Positions 27,618 to 38,078 of a stretch of DNA of 64,000 nt are shown here, one piece after another (the stretch's first letter is position 1; each line of letters begins with the position of its first letter). Under the pieces are notes generated by a model. The model was not told the origin of the DNA. It saw only the letters and a program-made list of their open reading frames with translations, and searched no databases. Made by a program: the position numbers and the translations under genes. Where the stretch lies: contig JACPJC010000005.1 of the NCBI GenBank assembly GCA_016187745.1, positions 182,668 to 246,667 on the forward strand. Direction: 5' to 3'. The DNA comes from Candidatus Iainarchaeum sp. GTDB taxonomy: Archaea; Iainarchaeota; Iainarchaeia; Iainarchaeales; JAXPJC01.

Positions 27618-28316
27618 ATGGTAAAGCTTGAAGATGCGGTAATAGCAAGGATGGACAAGGGCGGGATGAAGTTTGAGATACTGGTTGACCCGGAACTCGC
27701 AATGGAGCTGAAGAAAGGGATGAACATAAACATGGATGAGCTGCTTGCATTTGAAACGATATTCAAGGACGCAAACAAGGGGGAGGAAGCCTCCGAGCAG
27801 AACATTGCAAAGGCCTTTGGGGCAACAGATGTTAAGGAAATTGCAAAAAAGATAATCCTGCAGGGGGAGGTTCAATTAACAACCGCCCAGCGAAAGGAAA
27901 TGCTTGAGGCGCGCAGAAGGGAAATAATTGCAACGATTGCAAGGGACGCAATCAATCCGCAGACAAATGCGCCCCATCCGCCATTGAGGATAGAAAACGC
28001 AATGAACGAGTCAAGGATCACGATTGACCCCTTCAAGTCAGCAAATGAGCAGATTCCCGCAATACTCAAGGAAATAAGGAAATTAATCCCCATATCCTTC
28101 GAGAAAATGCGCATTGCGGTAAGGATTTCCGCGGAATTCGCGGGAAAGGCGAATGTCATCCTGCACAAATACGAGCTGAAGCAGGAGGAATGGCAGAACG
28201 ACGGGAGCTTAGTGGCGGTTGTTGAAGTGCCCGCAGGGGTAAAGGCGCAGCTCTTCGATGAGCTGAACCATCTTACACACGGAACAGTCGAGTCAAAATT
28301 ATTGGAAAATAAATAA
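27618..28316 (+). CDS. sdo1: Ribosome maturation factor SBDS/Sdo1
   Basis: KFEILVDP, GEVQLT, PHPPLRIE. Confidence 0.95.
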   Translation: MVKLEDAVIARMDKGGMKFEILVDPELAMELKKGMNINMDELLAFETIFKDANKGEEASEQNIAKAFGATDVKEIAKKIILQGEVQLTTAQRKEMLEARRREIIATIARDAINPQTNAPHPPLRIENAMNESRITIDPFKSANEQIPAILKEIRKLIPISFEKMRIAVRISAEFAGKANVILHKYELKQEEWQNDGSLVAVVEVPAGVKAQLFDELNHLTHGTVESKLLENK

Positions 28317-28400
28317 AATTAAAAAAATAAAATTGAAAAAGCGGAAGGTATCGGAAACGAAGGGTTTCTGATAAACAAACGGAACGGAGGAAAGAGAAAA

Positions 28401-29117
28401 ATGCCAAGAACAATAGTAACTCCCGGGGAGCTTATAACCTCGGAAAGGAAGAAGCTTGGAAGCAACGTGCACATGCACGAAGGCAGGATATATTCAACAT
28501 GCATAGGCCTTGTTGAGGAAGGGACGGATTTCATAAATGTGATTCCCCTTGAGGGGAGATACAGGCCCATGATTGATGATTTGGTTGTGGGAATAGTCAC
28601 TTCAGAAAGGTTCGGGGGCTATGGGACCGACATAAATTCATATTACCCGGCATACATCTCAAGGAAGGAAGTGGATGAGAGCCTGAGGCCGGGAAGCATA
28701 ATCTCCGCGAAAATCGCAAAGGTAAACGAGATAAATGAAGTGGAGCTGATGAACGTAAGGGTATTTTACGGCGGGGAAATAATTTCAGTAAGCCCCGTGA
28801 AAGTTCCGAGGATAATGGGCAGGAACAACAGCATGCTGGAACTTCTGAAGCAGGGGACAAATGCTAACATCCTTATCGGAAAAAACGGAAGGATATGGGC
28901 AAAGGGCGGCAACACAAAGCTGCTTGAAAAGGCGATTGCGAAAATAGAGAGGGAAGCGCACATGGAAAACCTGACAAACAAGATTGCGGATTTCCTGAGG
29001 GCCGAGAACAAGGGCGCAGGCGCCCCGATTTCAGCTGCAAATGGGAAAATTCCTCTTGAGCAGACAAAGCATGCCGACAGCAGATCAATGGAAATGAGCG
29101 AGGGAAGAGACATATGA
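28401..29117 (+). CDS. rrp4: Exosome RNA-binding subunit Rrp4
   Basis: IVTPGE, S1 domain, KVPRIMG KH, GKNGRIW. Confidence 0.92.
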   Translation: MPRTIVTPGELITSERKKLGSNVHMHEGRIYSTCIGLVEEGTDFINVIPLEGRYRPMIDDLVVGIVTSERFGGYGTDINSYYPAYISRKEVDESLRPGSIISAKIAKVNEINEVELMNVRVFYGGEIISVSPVKVPRIMGRNNSMLELLKQGTNANILIGKNGRIWAKGGNTKLLEKAIAKIEREAHMENLTNKIADFLRAENKGAGAPISAANGKIPLEQTKHADSRSMEMSEGRDI

Positions 29118-29860
29118 GCAAAAAGAAAGAAGTACTTGAATATGTGGACAAGGAAGGAAAGCGCACAGACGGAAGAAAGGCGGACGAGCTCCGCGCAATA
29201 AAGATTGAAGCCGGGGTGCTTCCAAGGGCGGACGGCTCCGCATATCTTGAGTGGGGGCAGAACAAGGTTCTTGCGGCGGTTTATGGGCCGAGGGAAGTGA
29301 TTCCCAAGCACCACGCAAACCCCTACAAGGCAATAGTGAGATATGCATACAGGATGGCATCATTTTCAGTTCCTGAAAGGAAGAACCCGAGGCCGGGGCG
29401 CAGGGAGCTTGAAATATCAAAGGTTTCCGGGGAGGCCCTTGAAAAGGCGATATTCCTTGAGAGGTTCCCGAATACAGCAATAGATGTTTTTGTTGAGGTT
29501 CTCGACAGCAATGCCGGAACTAGGATTGCCGCGCTAACAGCAGCAAGCGTTGCGCTTGCGGACGCTGGAATTCCGATGCGCGACATGGTTTCCGGAGTCG
29601 CAATAGGGAAAATTTCCGGGAATTTGGTCCTTGATCTCAACAAGCACGAGGAGGACGCGCCAGATGCTGTGGATATGCCCCTGGCAGTGCTTCCGAATTC
29701 CGAGGAAATAGTGCTGCTGCAGATGGACGGCCTGCTCAAAAGAAGCGATTGGGAAAACGCATTTGAGCTCGGCATGACGGGCTGCAAGAAGGTATATGAG
29801 CTGCAGAAGGCTGCGCTGAAAAAGAAATATGAAATTGCAAACGGAGATGAGCAGAAATGA
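29114..29860 (+). CDS. rrp41: Exosome subunit Rrp41
   Basis: RTDGR, ADGSAY, YGPRE, LLQMDG. Confidence 0.95.
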   Translation: MSKKKEVLEYVDKEGKRTDGRKADELRAIKIEAGVLPRADGSAYLEWGQNKVLAAVYGPREVIPKHHANPYKAIVRYAYRMASFSVPERKNPRPGRRELEISKVSGEALEKAIFLERFPNTAIDVFVEVLDSNAGTRIAALTAASVALADAGIPMRDMVSGVAIGKISGNLVLDLNKHEEDAPDAVDMPLAVLPNSEEIVLLQMDGLLKRSDWENAFELGMTGCKKVYELQKAALKKKYEIANGDEQK

Positions 29861-30636
29861 GCGTCGTAATCTGGGATCTTGACACGGACAAAGTGATAAA
29901 CAGGCTTAAGGAAGGCAAGCGCATAGATGAAAGGGCCTTCGATGAATACAGGGAGATAAAACTGCAGAAGCAGATAAGCGAGAATGCTGATGGTTCAGCA
30001 AGGGTCCAGCTCGGCGAAACAGACATAATTGCCGGGGTAAAATTTGAACTGGGAAAGCCCTATCCCGACACGCCGGAGGAAGGGACAATGAGCGTCAATT
30101 CTGAGCTCCTTCCATTGGCATCCCCTACATTTGAGTTCGGGCCCCCTTCCGTAGAATCTGTTGAGCTCGCAAGGGTTGTTGACAGGGGCATAAGGGAAAG
30201 CAAGTGCATGGATTTCAAGAGCTTCTGCATCAGGGAGAAGGAGCTTGCATACACTGCAAACATAGACATATATGTTGTGAATTATGCCGGCAACCTCTTT
30301 GATGCGAGCGCATTTGCCGCAATTGACGCGCTTGCCGAAACAAAGCTGCCGAAGGTTGAGGAGGACAAGCTTGTTGCGGGGGAATATTCCGGAAAGCTCA
30401 AGCTCTCAAGGAAGCCGATACTGGGCACATTCGCGAAAATCTCCAACAACATAGTGCTTGACCCTAACCTCGCGGAGGAAAAGGCGATGAACGCGCGCTT
30501 CTCCGTTTCAACAACGGAGGATGAGATGCTCTGCGCATTCCAGAAGGGGATGGGCGGAAGCTTCACATCTGCGGAGCTGAGCAGCATGCTGGACATTGCC
30601 CTGAAGAAGGGGAAGGAATTAAGAAAGCTTCTGTGA
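29857..30636 (+). CDS. rrp42: Exosome subunit Rrp42
   Basis: [22 protein letters not shown]. Confidence 0.95.
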   Translation: MSVVIWDLDTDKVINRLKEGKRIDERAFDEYREIKLQKQISENADGSARVQLGETDIIAGVKFELGKPYPDTPEEGTMSVNSELLPLASPTFEFGPPSVESVELARVVDRGIRESKCMDFKSFCIREKELAYTANIDIYVVNYAGNLFDASAFAAIDALAETKLPKVEEDKLVAGEYSGKLKLSRKPILGTFAKISNNIVLDPNLAEEKAMNARFSVSTTEDEMLCAFQKGMGGSFTSAELSSMLDIALKKGKELRKLL

Positions 30637-30647
30637 AGGTTTTAGAT

Positions 30648-31034
30648 ATGGGACACACAAAAAAAGTTTCAACAGCAGGGCGCTATGGGGCAAAATTCGG
30701 CACAGGGATAAGGAAGCGCATAATAAAGATAGAGAAAAAGCAGAAAGTGAAGGAAGCCTGCCCGAAATGCGGCTTCAGGAAGCTGAAAAGGATTTCCTCC
30801 GGCATCTTCATATGCAGGAAATGCGAGAATAAGTTTGCAGGCGGCGCTTATTTTCCTAACACTCTTACAGGGGGGATTGTCGGGAAGATGATTGCGCAGA
30901 AGAGCTTTTCCACAGGGATTTCCGAGCTTGAGGCTGCAAAAGTTGCAGCTGAGGAAATCAAGGAAAAGGAAGCGGCAGAGAAGCAGGGAAAGGCCAAGCA
31001 CCATGCGGACAGCGCGCATGAAGGGGGGGAATGA
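30648..31034 (+). CDS. rpl37ae: 50S ribosomal protein L37ae (L43e) with charged C-terminal extension
   Basis: TKKV..AGRYG, CPKC, CRKC, AGGAY. Confidence 0.92.
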   Translation: MGHTKKVSTAGRYGAKFGTGIRKRIIKIEKKQKVKEACPKCGFRKLKRISSGIFICRKCENKFAGGAYFPNTLTGGIVGKMIAQKSFSTGISELEAAKVAAEEIKEKEAAEKQGKAKHHADSAHEGGE

Positions 31035-31035
31035 C

Positions 31036-31170
31036 ATGTACAAATGCGGAAAGTGCGGGGCAAAGATTGCAAAGCTGCTGCCGGAAACAGCCATAAGGTG
31101 CCCTGCGTGCTCGAATAAGATACTTTACAAGGAGCGCGCCCCGGTCGCCAAGGAAATAAAAGCCCGCTGA
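31036..31170 (+). CDS. rpoP: RNA polymerase subunit P (Rpo12)
   Basis: MYKCGKCG...RCPACSNKILYKER. Confidence 0.92.
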   Translation: MYKCGKCGAKIAKLLPETAIRCPACSNKILYKERAPVAKEIKAR

Positions 31171-31186
31171 TAAATTCAGGATTAAA

Positions 31187-31666
31187 ATGCTGATTACAAC
31201 CTCGAGGAACGCAGGTGCCATGACAAGGCAGTTTGCAAAGGGGCTTTCGCTCAGTCTCCCTGATGCGGAATACGTTTCCCGCAACGGGAAATCCGTTGAT
31301 GCGCTTGTTGCTGATGCAAGGTACTCGGGGAGAAAAAGGCTGCTTATTGCGCATGATTCTGATGGGAAGCCCGCAATGATTTTCTGCATTGGAATTTCGG
31401 AATCCTCATGGGATTACATTTTCAGCGCCGGGATTTCCCTCCAAAAGCAGCGCGATAATAAATCAGGGGACGAAATTCCCTCATTGAGGCTGCAGATTAA
31501 AAGCGCAAAAATGAAAAAATTCATAAAAGCGCTCGGAATCGGGAATGAAGGCGATTCAGAATTCATCCTCAGGGAGCAGGATTCCTCAATAGGTTTCTAT
31601 TCGGGAAAAAGGGAAATCGGGCCAAGATTCAGGATTCTCGGGATTGAATATGAAAAAAAGCCTTGA
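31187..31666 (+). CDS. Brix/Imp4-like ribosome biogenesis protein
   Basis: MLITTSR, R.GK, GKP; superoperon position. Confidence 0.85.
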   Translation: MLITTSRNAGAMTRQFAKGLSLSLPDAEYVSRNGKSVDALVADARYSGRKRLLIAHDSDGKPAMIFCIGISESSWDYIFSAGISLQKQRDNKSGDEIPSLRLQIKSAKMKKFIKALGIGNEGDSEFILREQDSSIGFYSGKREIGPRFRILGIEYEKKP

Positions 31667-31883
31667 ATTCAGCTTCAGCGGAAATGAGACGGCAGGAATA
31701 ATCGCCTCAGCGCTCGCCCCGGAACTCAATTCAGCGCATGAAAGGCACGCAAAAGCCGGAATGCATATTAATAAAAACATTCTAATGCTCAAGATTAATG
31801 CAGCGGACAAAAAATCCATTGAAACCTGCAGAAAAACATATTCAACGCTTATAAAATTTATCAACAACTTAATTGGAGGCTAA
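31650..31883 (+). CDS. pcc1: KEOPS subunit Pcc1
   Basis: Size, AL.PE and I.A.D motifs, position between brix and pfdB. Confidence 0.65.
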   Translation: MKKSLEFSFSGNETAGIIASALAPELNSAHERHAKAGMHINKNILMLKINAADKKSIETCRKTYSTLIKFINNLIGG

Positions 31884-31886
31884 ATT

Positions 31887-32237
31887 ATGGCAAATGAGCA
31901 GGAACTTCAGCAGACGGCGCAGGAATTCGAGCGCAACCGCATTCAGCTGCTGAACACAGGCGCGCAGAAGCAGCAGCTTCAGATGCAGAATTCCGCAATC
32001 TCGGCGGCGCTTTCAGAGCTTAAGGAAACAAAGGAAAAAAAAGTCTACAAGGCCGTAGGCAACATCCTCATACTCTCCGATGTTTCAAAGGTCCAGAAAG
32101 AGCTTTCCGAGCAGAACGAATCAACTGAACTGCGCATAAAAACCCTTCAGAAGCAGGAAGACGCTTTGATAGACAAGCTGAACAAGCTGAAGGCGAAAAT
32201 AGAGGCAGCGCAAAATCCAGAATCAAAATCGAATTAA
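31887..32237 (+). CDS. pfdB: Prefoldin beta subunit
   Basis: Coiled coil - VYKAVGNIL - coiled coil. Confidence 0.92.
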   Translation: MANEQELQQTAQEFERNRIQLLNTGAQKQQLQMQNSAISAALSELKETKEKKVYKAVGNILILSDVSKVQKELSEQNESTELRIKTLQKQEDALIDKLNKLKAKIEAAQNPESKSN

Positions 32238-32252
32238 TGAACTGGTTTTGCC

Positions 32253-33275
32253 ATGCATTCAAAGGTTCTCGGCTTCCTTTCCGGAATGCTGCACAAGCGC
32301 GTTTTAGTGCTTACGCATTCCGCAGCGGACATTGACGCGATTTCCGCGGCAGGCGCGCTCTATTTTACCTTCAGGAAGAACTCCTCCATATCCATAGGGA
32401 TTCCGGAGCACATCAACACAAACGCAAAGCAGCTTGCGCGCTCGCTTAAAATCCCATATGCGATGAATCCCGGAAATTTCGGGGATTACGACTGCATAAT
32501 CCTTGTTGATTTCAATTCAAGGGACATGCTCGGCAGTTTGCAGGGCGCTCTTCAGGCATTCAACAAGCCTGTTCTTCTCATAGACCACCACAATTTAAGC
32601 AGCGATAAAATAGCAAGCCCCGAGCTTTCAATAATAAGGCCGGAATGCATCTCCACAACTGAGGTGATTCACGACCTTCTGAAGCTTGCAAACCTGCAGA
32701 TGAATGCGGAAACAGCAAAATGTATCGCTTCAGGGATATATGCGGATTCCGCGGGCTTCAGCGTTGCGGACCATGAAACCTTCAGGATTTTTGCAGATGT
32801 GCTCGAAAAGGCAAAAATAAATTTCTCGCAGCTGCTTGAGCTGTTTTCAGCGGAAGAGGATTTCTCCGAGAAAATCGCGAAATTAAAAGCCGCAAAGCGC
32901 GCGTCCATATTCAAGATTGCCGGCTATATTGCTGTTGCAACAGAGGTTAGCTGCTTTGAGGCAAGCGCTGCCTCCTCCCTCATAAGGGTCGGGGCGGACA
33001 TCTCATTTGCAGCCAGTTCTGACAAGAAGGAAATGCGCATTTCCGCGCGCGCCTCAAATGAGATTGTGCGCAAATTCAATTTTGACCTCACAAGGGACAT
33101 TTTTGCAAAAATGGCAAACGAATTTGATGCGAAATTCGGCGGACATCCGGGAGCTGCGGCGCTGAACGCGAAAAATGCGGATTCAGAAAAGGCGCTGAAG
33201 CGCTGCATTGAGCTTGCGCACGAATTCCTAAAATCCCACATCAGGGGCGCGAAGATGAAGGATTACTCTGATTGA
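32253..33275 (+). CDS. DHH family phosphoesterase
   Basis: THSAADID, IDHH, SARA, GGHPGAA. Confidence 0.92.
   Translation: MHSKVLGFLSGMLHKRVLVLTHSAADIDAISAAGALYFTFRKNSSISIGIPEHINTNAKQLARSLKIPYAMNPGNFGDYDCIILVDFNSRDMLGSLQGALQAFNKPVLLIDHHNLSSDKIASPELSIIRPECISTTEVIHDLLKLANLQMNAETAKCIASGIYADSAGFSVADHETFRIFADVLEKAKINFSQLLELFSAEEDFSEKIAKLKAAKRASIFKIAGYIAVATEVSCFEASAASSLIRVGADISFAASSDKKEMRISARASNEIVRKFNFDLTRDIFAKMANEFDAKFGGHPGAAALNAKNADSEKALKRCIELAHEFLKSHIRGAKMKDYSD
33219..33275 (+). repeat. Direct repeat copy 1 (3' end of the DHH gene)
   Basis: 57 bp, 49/57 identical to 34268-34324. Confidence 0.85.
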
Positions 33276-33321
33276 TTGGCACAGCAATGATTATAAATTG
33301 AGAATGAGGCTAGATATAATA

Positions 33322-34260
33322 ATGAACAAAGCACTAACGCTCATAATTCTAATAAGTGCAATTGCAACAGTCGTTCTGGTTAGCGGCTGTGTTCAGCAAG
33401 GTACTGCAGATAGTACCACACAGACAGATGCAAATGAAAACATAGCCGACCAAGAAATAGCAGCACATGCAATTTATATTTGTGAAATTAATGATCAGTA
33501 TGTAACAAATTTGGCAGAATGCCCAACAGGCAAGGGGAAAGAGGTTGCGGGCTCATGTTATAACTCAAATTATTCAACTATTTATATCTTAAAACCACTG
33601 AAATATATAACATTACTTCCCTCAGATGAAACTAAGCTTGCCCATGCTATAAAAGATCAAGGCGATTCCGCGCTTAATGGAATTACAGATTTGACTTGTT
33701 TAGAAGCTTTATCATTGCCTTCAATAGTTTCTAATATTTCTCCTTTAAGTAAATTGAGCAATCTGAAATTTTTAGTAGCATATGGCGCTAAAGTTTCAGA
33801 TCTTTCACCATTAAGTAATCTAACCAAGTTAACTCAGCTAATAATGTGGGATACGCCCGCTTCAGATTTCTCGCCTCTAGGCAATCTAACTAATTTAGAA
33901 AAATTGGATCTGACTGCCAACACTAATATCTCAGATATTTCTTCACTAAGCAAGCTAACTAAACTTAAAACATTGGTCTTATCGGCCAATATTTCTCTTT
34001 CAAATATTTCTGCGCTAGCAACCCTAACCAACTTGGAAGATTTGAGATTAGATGGCACAAAGGTTTCAGATCTTTCTCCACTAAGCAACCTAACTAACTT
34101 AAAGTACTTGAATTTACGTAACAGTCGGTCTATCAAAGATATTTCTCCACTAAGCAATCTGACCAACTTGAAGAGCTTAGAGTTGTCAGGCACCTCTGTT
34201 TTATATTCAGATTGCAAGGCACTAAAAGAGAAATTACCAAATATTCTACTTGATTGCTGA
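33322..34260 (+). CDS. Internalin-type leucine-rich-repeat lipoprotein
   Basis: VSGC lipobox; about 8 SDLSPLSNLTNL repeats; AT-rich. Confidence 0.9.
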   Translation: MNKALTLIILISAIATVVLVSGCVQQGTADSTTQTDANENIADQEIAAHAIYICEINDQYVTNLAECPTGKGKEVAGSCYNSNYSTIYILKPLKYITLLPSDETKLAHAIKDQGDSALNGITDLTCLEALSLPSIVSNISPLSKLSNLKFLVAYGAKVSDLSPLSNLTKLTQLIMWDTPASDFSPLGNLTNLEKLDLTANTNISDISSLSKLTKLKTLVLSANISLSNISALATLTNLEDLRLDGTKVSDLSPLSNLTNLKYLNLRNSRSIKDISPLSNLTNLKSLELSGTSVLYSDCKALKEKLPNILLDC

Positions 34261-34267
34261 ATCGAGC

Positions 34268-34324
34268 CACGAATTCCTGAAAGCGCGCATCAGGGGCGCG
34301 AAAATTAAGGATTATTCGGATTGA
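34268..34324 (+). repeat. Direct repeat copy 2 (orphan 3' end of the DHH gene)
   Basis: Reads HEFLKARIRGAKIKDYSD* versus HEFLKSHIRGAKMKDYSD*. Confidence 0.85.
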
Positions 34325-34383
34325 CAAGCGCATATATGCAAATAGATAAATGATATGGCTTGCGGAAAAGATTTGATGTTTCC

Positions 34384-34902
34384 CTATCCCTTCAGTTTCG
34401 GAACGTCAAGCGCCTCTTCAGGCTTGAGCAATGAGATTCCCGCGCGGTTCCCGAGGATTTCAACCCTCAGAATCTTCTGCGGCGCTTCCAGATCCACATT
34501 GGGCCTGTCTATGACCTCGGTCAGCTGCCTTATTAGCTGCACGCTGTCATACTTGTCATATGAGCGCTTGTTCAGGTCCATCTTCCACTTGTCCTTCTGT
34601 GAAATTCCCTTTGCAAGCCCCCTGATTGTTTTCTGCATTGGCTTTATGTCCGATTTCGCCCATTTCTCTATCGGAGTGTAATGGAAAGTAACCTCAAAAA
34701 GGTTTGGCTTTTTCCTGCAAAGCTGCCCCAATTTCGCAACTGCTTCCTTGGGCTTTGCAACTGTTGCCTCCATAACCCCCTCGATTTTGGGCTTTGCCAA
34801 TTTTGCTTTCCTGCCTATCTCCTTCAATACTGCCTGCAATTCCGCCTTTGCCCTGCCCGCATGGCTCGGGTCATAAGTTACAAGCAAATTTGCGTTAGCC
34901 AT
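34384..34902 (-). CDS. Stand-alone THUMP domain protein
   Basis: VDLEAPQKILRVEILG THUMP signature. Confidence 0.85.
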   Translation of the reverse strand: MANANLLVTYDPSHAGRAKAELQAVLKEIGRKAKLAKPKIEGVMEATVAKPKEAVAKLGQLCRKKPNLFEVTFHYTPIEKWAKSDIKPMQKTIRGLAKGISQKDKWKMDLNKRSYDKYDSVQLIRQLTEVIDRPNVDLEAPQKILRVEILGNRAGISLLKPEEALDVPKLKG

Positions 34903-35012
34903 CTCCCAACCTCCTTAGCATTGGAACTATCCAGATAGAATAGGCGCAAATAATTAATAAATATATTTATGCGCTTAAAACTGCCCCTGCTACCAAATAA
35001 AAAACAGAAGGG

Positions 35013-35156
35013 CTATGCCACAGGCACATCAAGGCTCTTTGCCCTGAAGTTAGCATATGCCCTGTATTTTGTCTTTGTCCATGCCTCAGGCTGCTTGGAC
35101 CTGAGCTTGAACTCTTCCTTAAGCAGCTGCTTCCTCAATTTCTCGCTAATGCGCAT
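35013..35156 (-). CDS. Small basic protein (47 aa), below the ORF-track cutoff
   Basis: MRISEKLRKQLLKEEF...DVPVA*; GGAGG SD upstream; host-like codons. Confidence 0.5.
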   Translation of the reverse strand: MRISEKLRKQLLKEEFKLRSKQPEAWTKTKYRAYANFRAKSLDVPVA

Positions 35157-35309
35157 ATTCTTTGCCTCCTTCCGGAATTGCTCCCCAAATCCCCGACGAA
35201 ACGAATATAGGTGCTAAATTGAATCTGATCTGAATTACATCACCAGGTAATTAGTAATATATTAGTGTATTAAACTCTTTAAAAAGGGATGTGTTTTGGG
35301 ATTAAGTTA

Positions 35310-35468
35310 TTAATGCCTTTGCGGCTTGAGCGCATTTTTTATTGCCCTTTTTATTACCGGAACATCCCTTTTTATTCCGCCTGCAGGGCCTGTATAGCTT
35401 ACTCCGATGCCTGTTTTGCCCCCGCCTCTCTTTATAGTAAATTTCTTGGTTCTAATTTTCATCATCAT
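35310..35468 (-). CDS. Small basic hypothetical protein (52 aa)
   Basis: MMMKIRTKKF...PQRH*; fills the intergenic gap. Confidence 0.3.
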   Translation of the reverse strand: MMMKIRTKKFTIKRGGGKTGIGVSYTGPAGGIKRDVPVIKRAIKNALKPQRH

Positions 35469-35517
35469 TCTTAATAACTATGCCTTTTCATATTTTAATC
35501 CTTTTGTTGGGGTTTTT

Positions 35518-36366
35518 ATGCAAAGGCTCAAAATCAGCAGCTTTAATCTGCAGCATTCGCTTGAGTGCGGCCAGGCCTTCCGCTGGGAGAAAAAGCAGAA
35601 CGGCTTCTATTATGGCCTGATAAAAAATATCCCTGTAAAAATAAAGCAGGAGGGCGCTTCGCTGCTTTATGATTCCTATGAAACTAAAATAAAAGGGGCG
35701 CAGATAAGGGATTATTTAGCACTGGATCTCAATCTCAGCGGAATTCTTTCCTCCATCAGCAAAGATGCGAACATCGCGCGCGCTGCTGCAAAATATCCCG
35801 GCCTGAGAATCCTGCGCCAGGAGCCATGGGAAACCCTAGCTTCCTACATTATTGCGACCTTCTCAAACATCCCGCGAATAAAAAAATGCATCAATGCGCT
35901 CTCGCAAAAATTCGGAAATGAGATTGAATTTGACGGTATGCAATTTTTTACCTTTCCGACAATTGATGCGCTCGCGAATTGCAGGGAAAGGCATCTGCAG
36001 TTATGCGCCCTTGGCTACAGGAGCGCATATCTCCTCAAAACCGCAAAGATGCTCCGGAAGAAAATTGAAAGGGAGAATTTTGATTTGAACGCCCTGAAAA
36101 AACTGCCATATGCGGAGGCAAAAGCAGCGCTTATGCAATTTCCAGGAGTTGGGGAAAAGGTCGCTGATTGCGTTCTGCTTTTCAGCTTGGGTTTCATGGA
36201 AGCGTTTCCTGTTGATGTATGGATAAAAAGGGCAATGCAGGAAATGTATTTCAGCAGCAAGCCAACATCAATCGGGAAAATCCACGAATTCGCGCAGGGG
36301 CATTTCGGAAAATACGCAGGCTACGCGCAGGAATATTTGTTCTACTCCTGCAGGCTTCTAGAATAA
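35518..36366 (+). CDS. ogg: 8-oxoguanine DNA glycosylase (OGG1 type, HhH-GPD)
   Basis: LECGQAFRW, GLRILRQEPWE, LGYR, PGVGEKVADC, FPVDVW. Confidence 0.92.
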   Translation: MQRLKISSFNLQHSLECGQAFRWEKKQNGFYYGLIKNIPVKIKQEGASLLYDSYETKIKGAQIRDYLALDLNLSGILSSISKDANIARAAAKYPGLRILRQEPWETLASYIIATFSNIPRIKKCINALSQKFGNEIEFDGMQFFTFPTIDALANCRERHLQLCALGYRSAYLLKTAKMLRKKIERENFDLNALKKLPYAEAKAALMQFPGVGEKVADCVLLFSLGFMEAFPVDVWIKRAMQEMYFSSKPTSIGKIHEFAQGHFGKYAGYAQEYLFYSCRLLE

Positions 36367-36500
36367 TCCAACGGCCTTAGTTTCCGCTTTGCAAAGATTC
36401 TCTTAAACAAGGATTTTATTATCCAAACAGGTTTTTTTCTTCCAGACGGACCAATACTTTTGTATAGCCTGAATCTTTCAAGCACTCCTATGTGTGGCAT
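36342..36500 (-). CDS. Small basic hypothetical protein (52 aa)
   Basis: AGGTGA SD 5 nt upstream; follows 36506-36826. Confidence 0.3.
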   Translation of the reverse strand: MPHIGVLERFRLYKSIGPSGRKKPVWIIKSLFKRIFAKRKLRPLDYSRSLQE

Positions 36501-36505
36501 TTTTA

Positions 36506-36826
36506 TCACCTGCTCTTAATTTCAATAAGGCACGCCTCGCAAATGAACTTAAGCCTGAAATCATTCCCGCTCCTGCTCGCGTTTCCGCAGAGCGCGCAGC
36601 GCTTTTCCCCGGCATCCAAATCCCTTATAGCCCACGAGTAAAGCAGATTCCAGCTGATCCACTTGGGAAGGAAAAGCTCATTAAGGACTGTTTTGTCGTT
36701 CTCCTGTATGCGCTTCTTGAGGCTCGGCATTACTGACTTATCAAGGCCCTTCAATGCCTTTACCTTTTCAAGGTCGCCCTTCCTCTGCAGCTCGCTCAGT
36801 TCCTCATCATAAAGCTCTGAAAACAT
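36506..36826 (-). CDS. Hypothetical protein with C-terminal Zn ribbon
   Basis: CALC...ICEAC. Confidence 0.6.
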   Translation of the reverse strand: MFSELYDEELSELQRKGDLEKVKALKGLDKSVMPSLKKRIQENDKTVLNELFLPKWISWNLLYSWAIRDLDAGEKRCALCGNASRSGNDFRLKFICEACLIEIKSR

Positions 36827-36926
36827 CCCAATCAGGATAATGTTGTTTCAGGTGCTATATAATAATTTGTTTTCAAGCAAGGCATAATTTTAAATAGATT
36901 ACATTGTTTGTTTTTATGTGGTAAGA

Positions 36927-37142
36927 ATGGCAAAGAAAGCGGCAAAAAAGAAGAAAAAGGTTCTGTTTAGAAGCCCCCCGAGGGGCTGCAGGTATGAGCG
37001 GGATGCTGACCATCTTGAGTGGTTTTCAAAGGGCCAGAACGTATGCAATTTCTGCCCGCTGATAGTGCTCGGGAGAAAATCCGGCTGCGAGCCGGGCGTG
37101 TACAGGCTCAAGCAGATAGAAGCGCTTAAAGGCAAAAAATGA
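36927..37142 (+). CDS. Small basic Cys-containing protein
   Basis: ATGA-coupled to the DJ-1 gene. Confidence 0.5.
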   Translation: MAKKAAKKKKKVLFRSPPRGCRYERDADHLEWFSKGQNVCNFCPLIVLGRKSGCEPGVYRLKQIEALKGKK

Positions 37143-37654
37143 GCGGAAGCAAAAAAGCACTAATCATTATTGCGTTCAGCAATTTCCGGGACGAGGAGCT
37201 TTTTGATACAAAGGAAGAGCTGGAAAAGGCAGGAATTGAAACCACTGTTGCAAGCACAAGAACCGGAATTGCAAAGGGAATGCTCGGCGGCACGGCAAAT
37301 GTTTCAATTGCGATTGAGGATGCCGATTCCAAGGATTATGATGCGGTTGTTTTTATCGGCGGGGGCGGGGCAAGCGTTTATTTCAATAACAAAAAAGCGC
37401 ATGAAATTGCAAAGTCTACATATTCCTCAGGAAAAATCCTTGCCGCAATATGCATTGCCCCCAGCACGCTTGCAAACGCCGGCTTATTAAAAGGCAAAAA
37501 GGCAACGTGCTTCCCGAGCGAGGCGCAGAACCTCAAGTCAAAGGGCGCAATTTACACTGGAAAAGCTGTTGAAATTGACGGAAGGATAATAACCGCAGAC
37601 GGCCCGAAATCAGCGCATTCTTTTGGAAAGGCAATTGCAAATGCATTGAAATAG
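37139..37654 (+). CDS. DJ-1/PfpI family protein
   Basis: FRDEE, FIGGGG, AAICIAP, ITADGP. Confidence 0.93.
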   Translation: MSGSKKALIIIAFSNFRDEELFDTKEELEKAGIETTVASTRTGIAKGMLGGTANVSIAIEDADSKDYDAVVFIGGGGASVYFNNKKAHEIAKSTYSSGKILAAICIAPSTLANAGLLKGKKATCFPSEAQNLKSKGAIYTGKAVEIDGRIITADGPKSAHSFGKAIANALK

Positions 37655-37661
37655 CCCTATT

Positions 37662-38078
37662 TCAGTAATCCCCGAGATAAATGACATTATTCCCGGATTT
37701 TACCTTTGTCCTTTCCGCATATCTTATGAGATAATGCGCAGTGCTTTTGGGAATGCTTGTAAGCTCCTCAATCTCCCTGAAGCTCTTCTCATCGCGCTGC
37801 ATCCCGACAATTTCCTTTATCATCTCAATGTCAAGCCCTATCGCCCTGCCCCTGTTGCTTGAGAATTTAATTGCAATGTTCCTTTGCTCGAGCAGCTTCC
37901 TCGCCTTTTCAGGGAACCTTCCAGAGCACGATTGAGAAAGGGAAATTTGCTGCAGGTTCCTGCACTTCTTCAGCAGTTTCTCCAGGCTGCTCGCCCTCAA
38001 GGGCCTTACAAAGTGCAGTTCGCTCGCTTCTTTCGGAATCGAAACAATATCAGTATCGGGAGTTATGGCATACTTCAT
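37662..38078 (-). CDS. DUF1699-like protein with C-terminal HTH
   Basis: LHFVRP..CRNL; RGR; SFREI...IPKST. Confidence 0.6.
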   Translation of the reverse strand: MKYAITPDTDIVSIPKEASELHFVRPLRASSLEKLLKKCRNLQQISLSQSCSGRFPEKARKLLEQRNIAIKFSSNRGRAIGLDIEMIKEIVGMQRDEKSFREIEELTSIPKSTAHYLIRYAERTKVKSGNNVIYLGDY

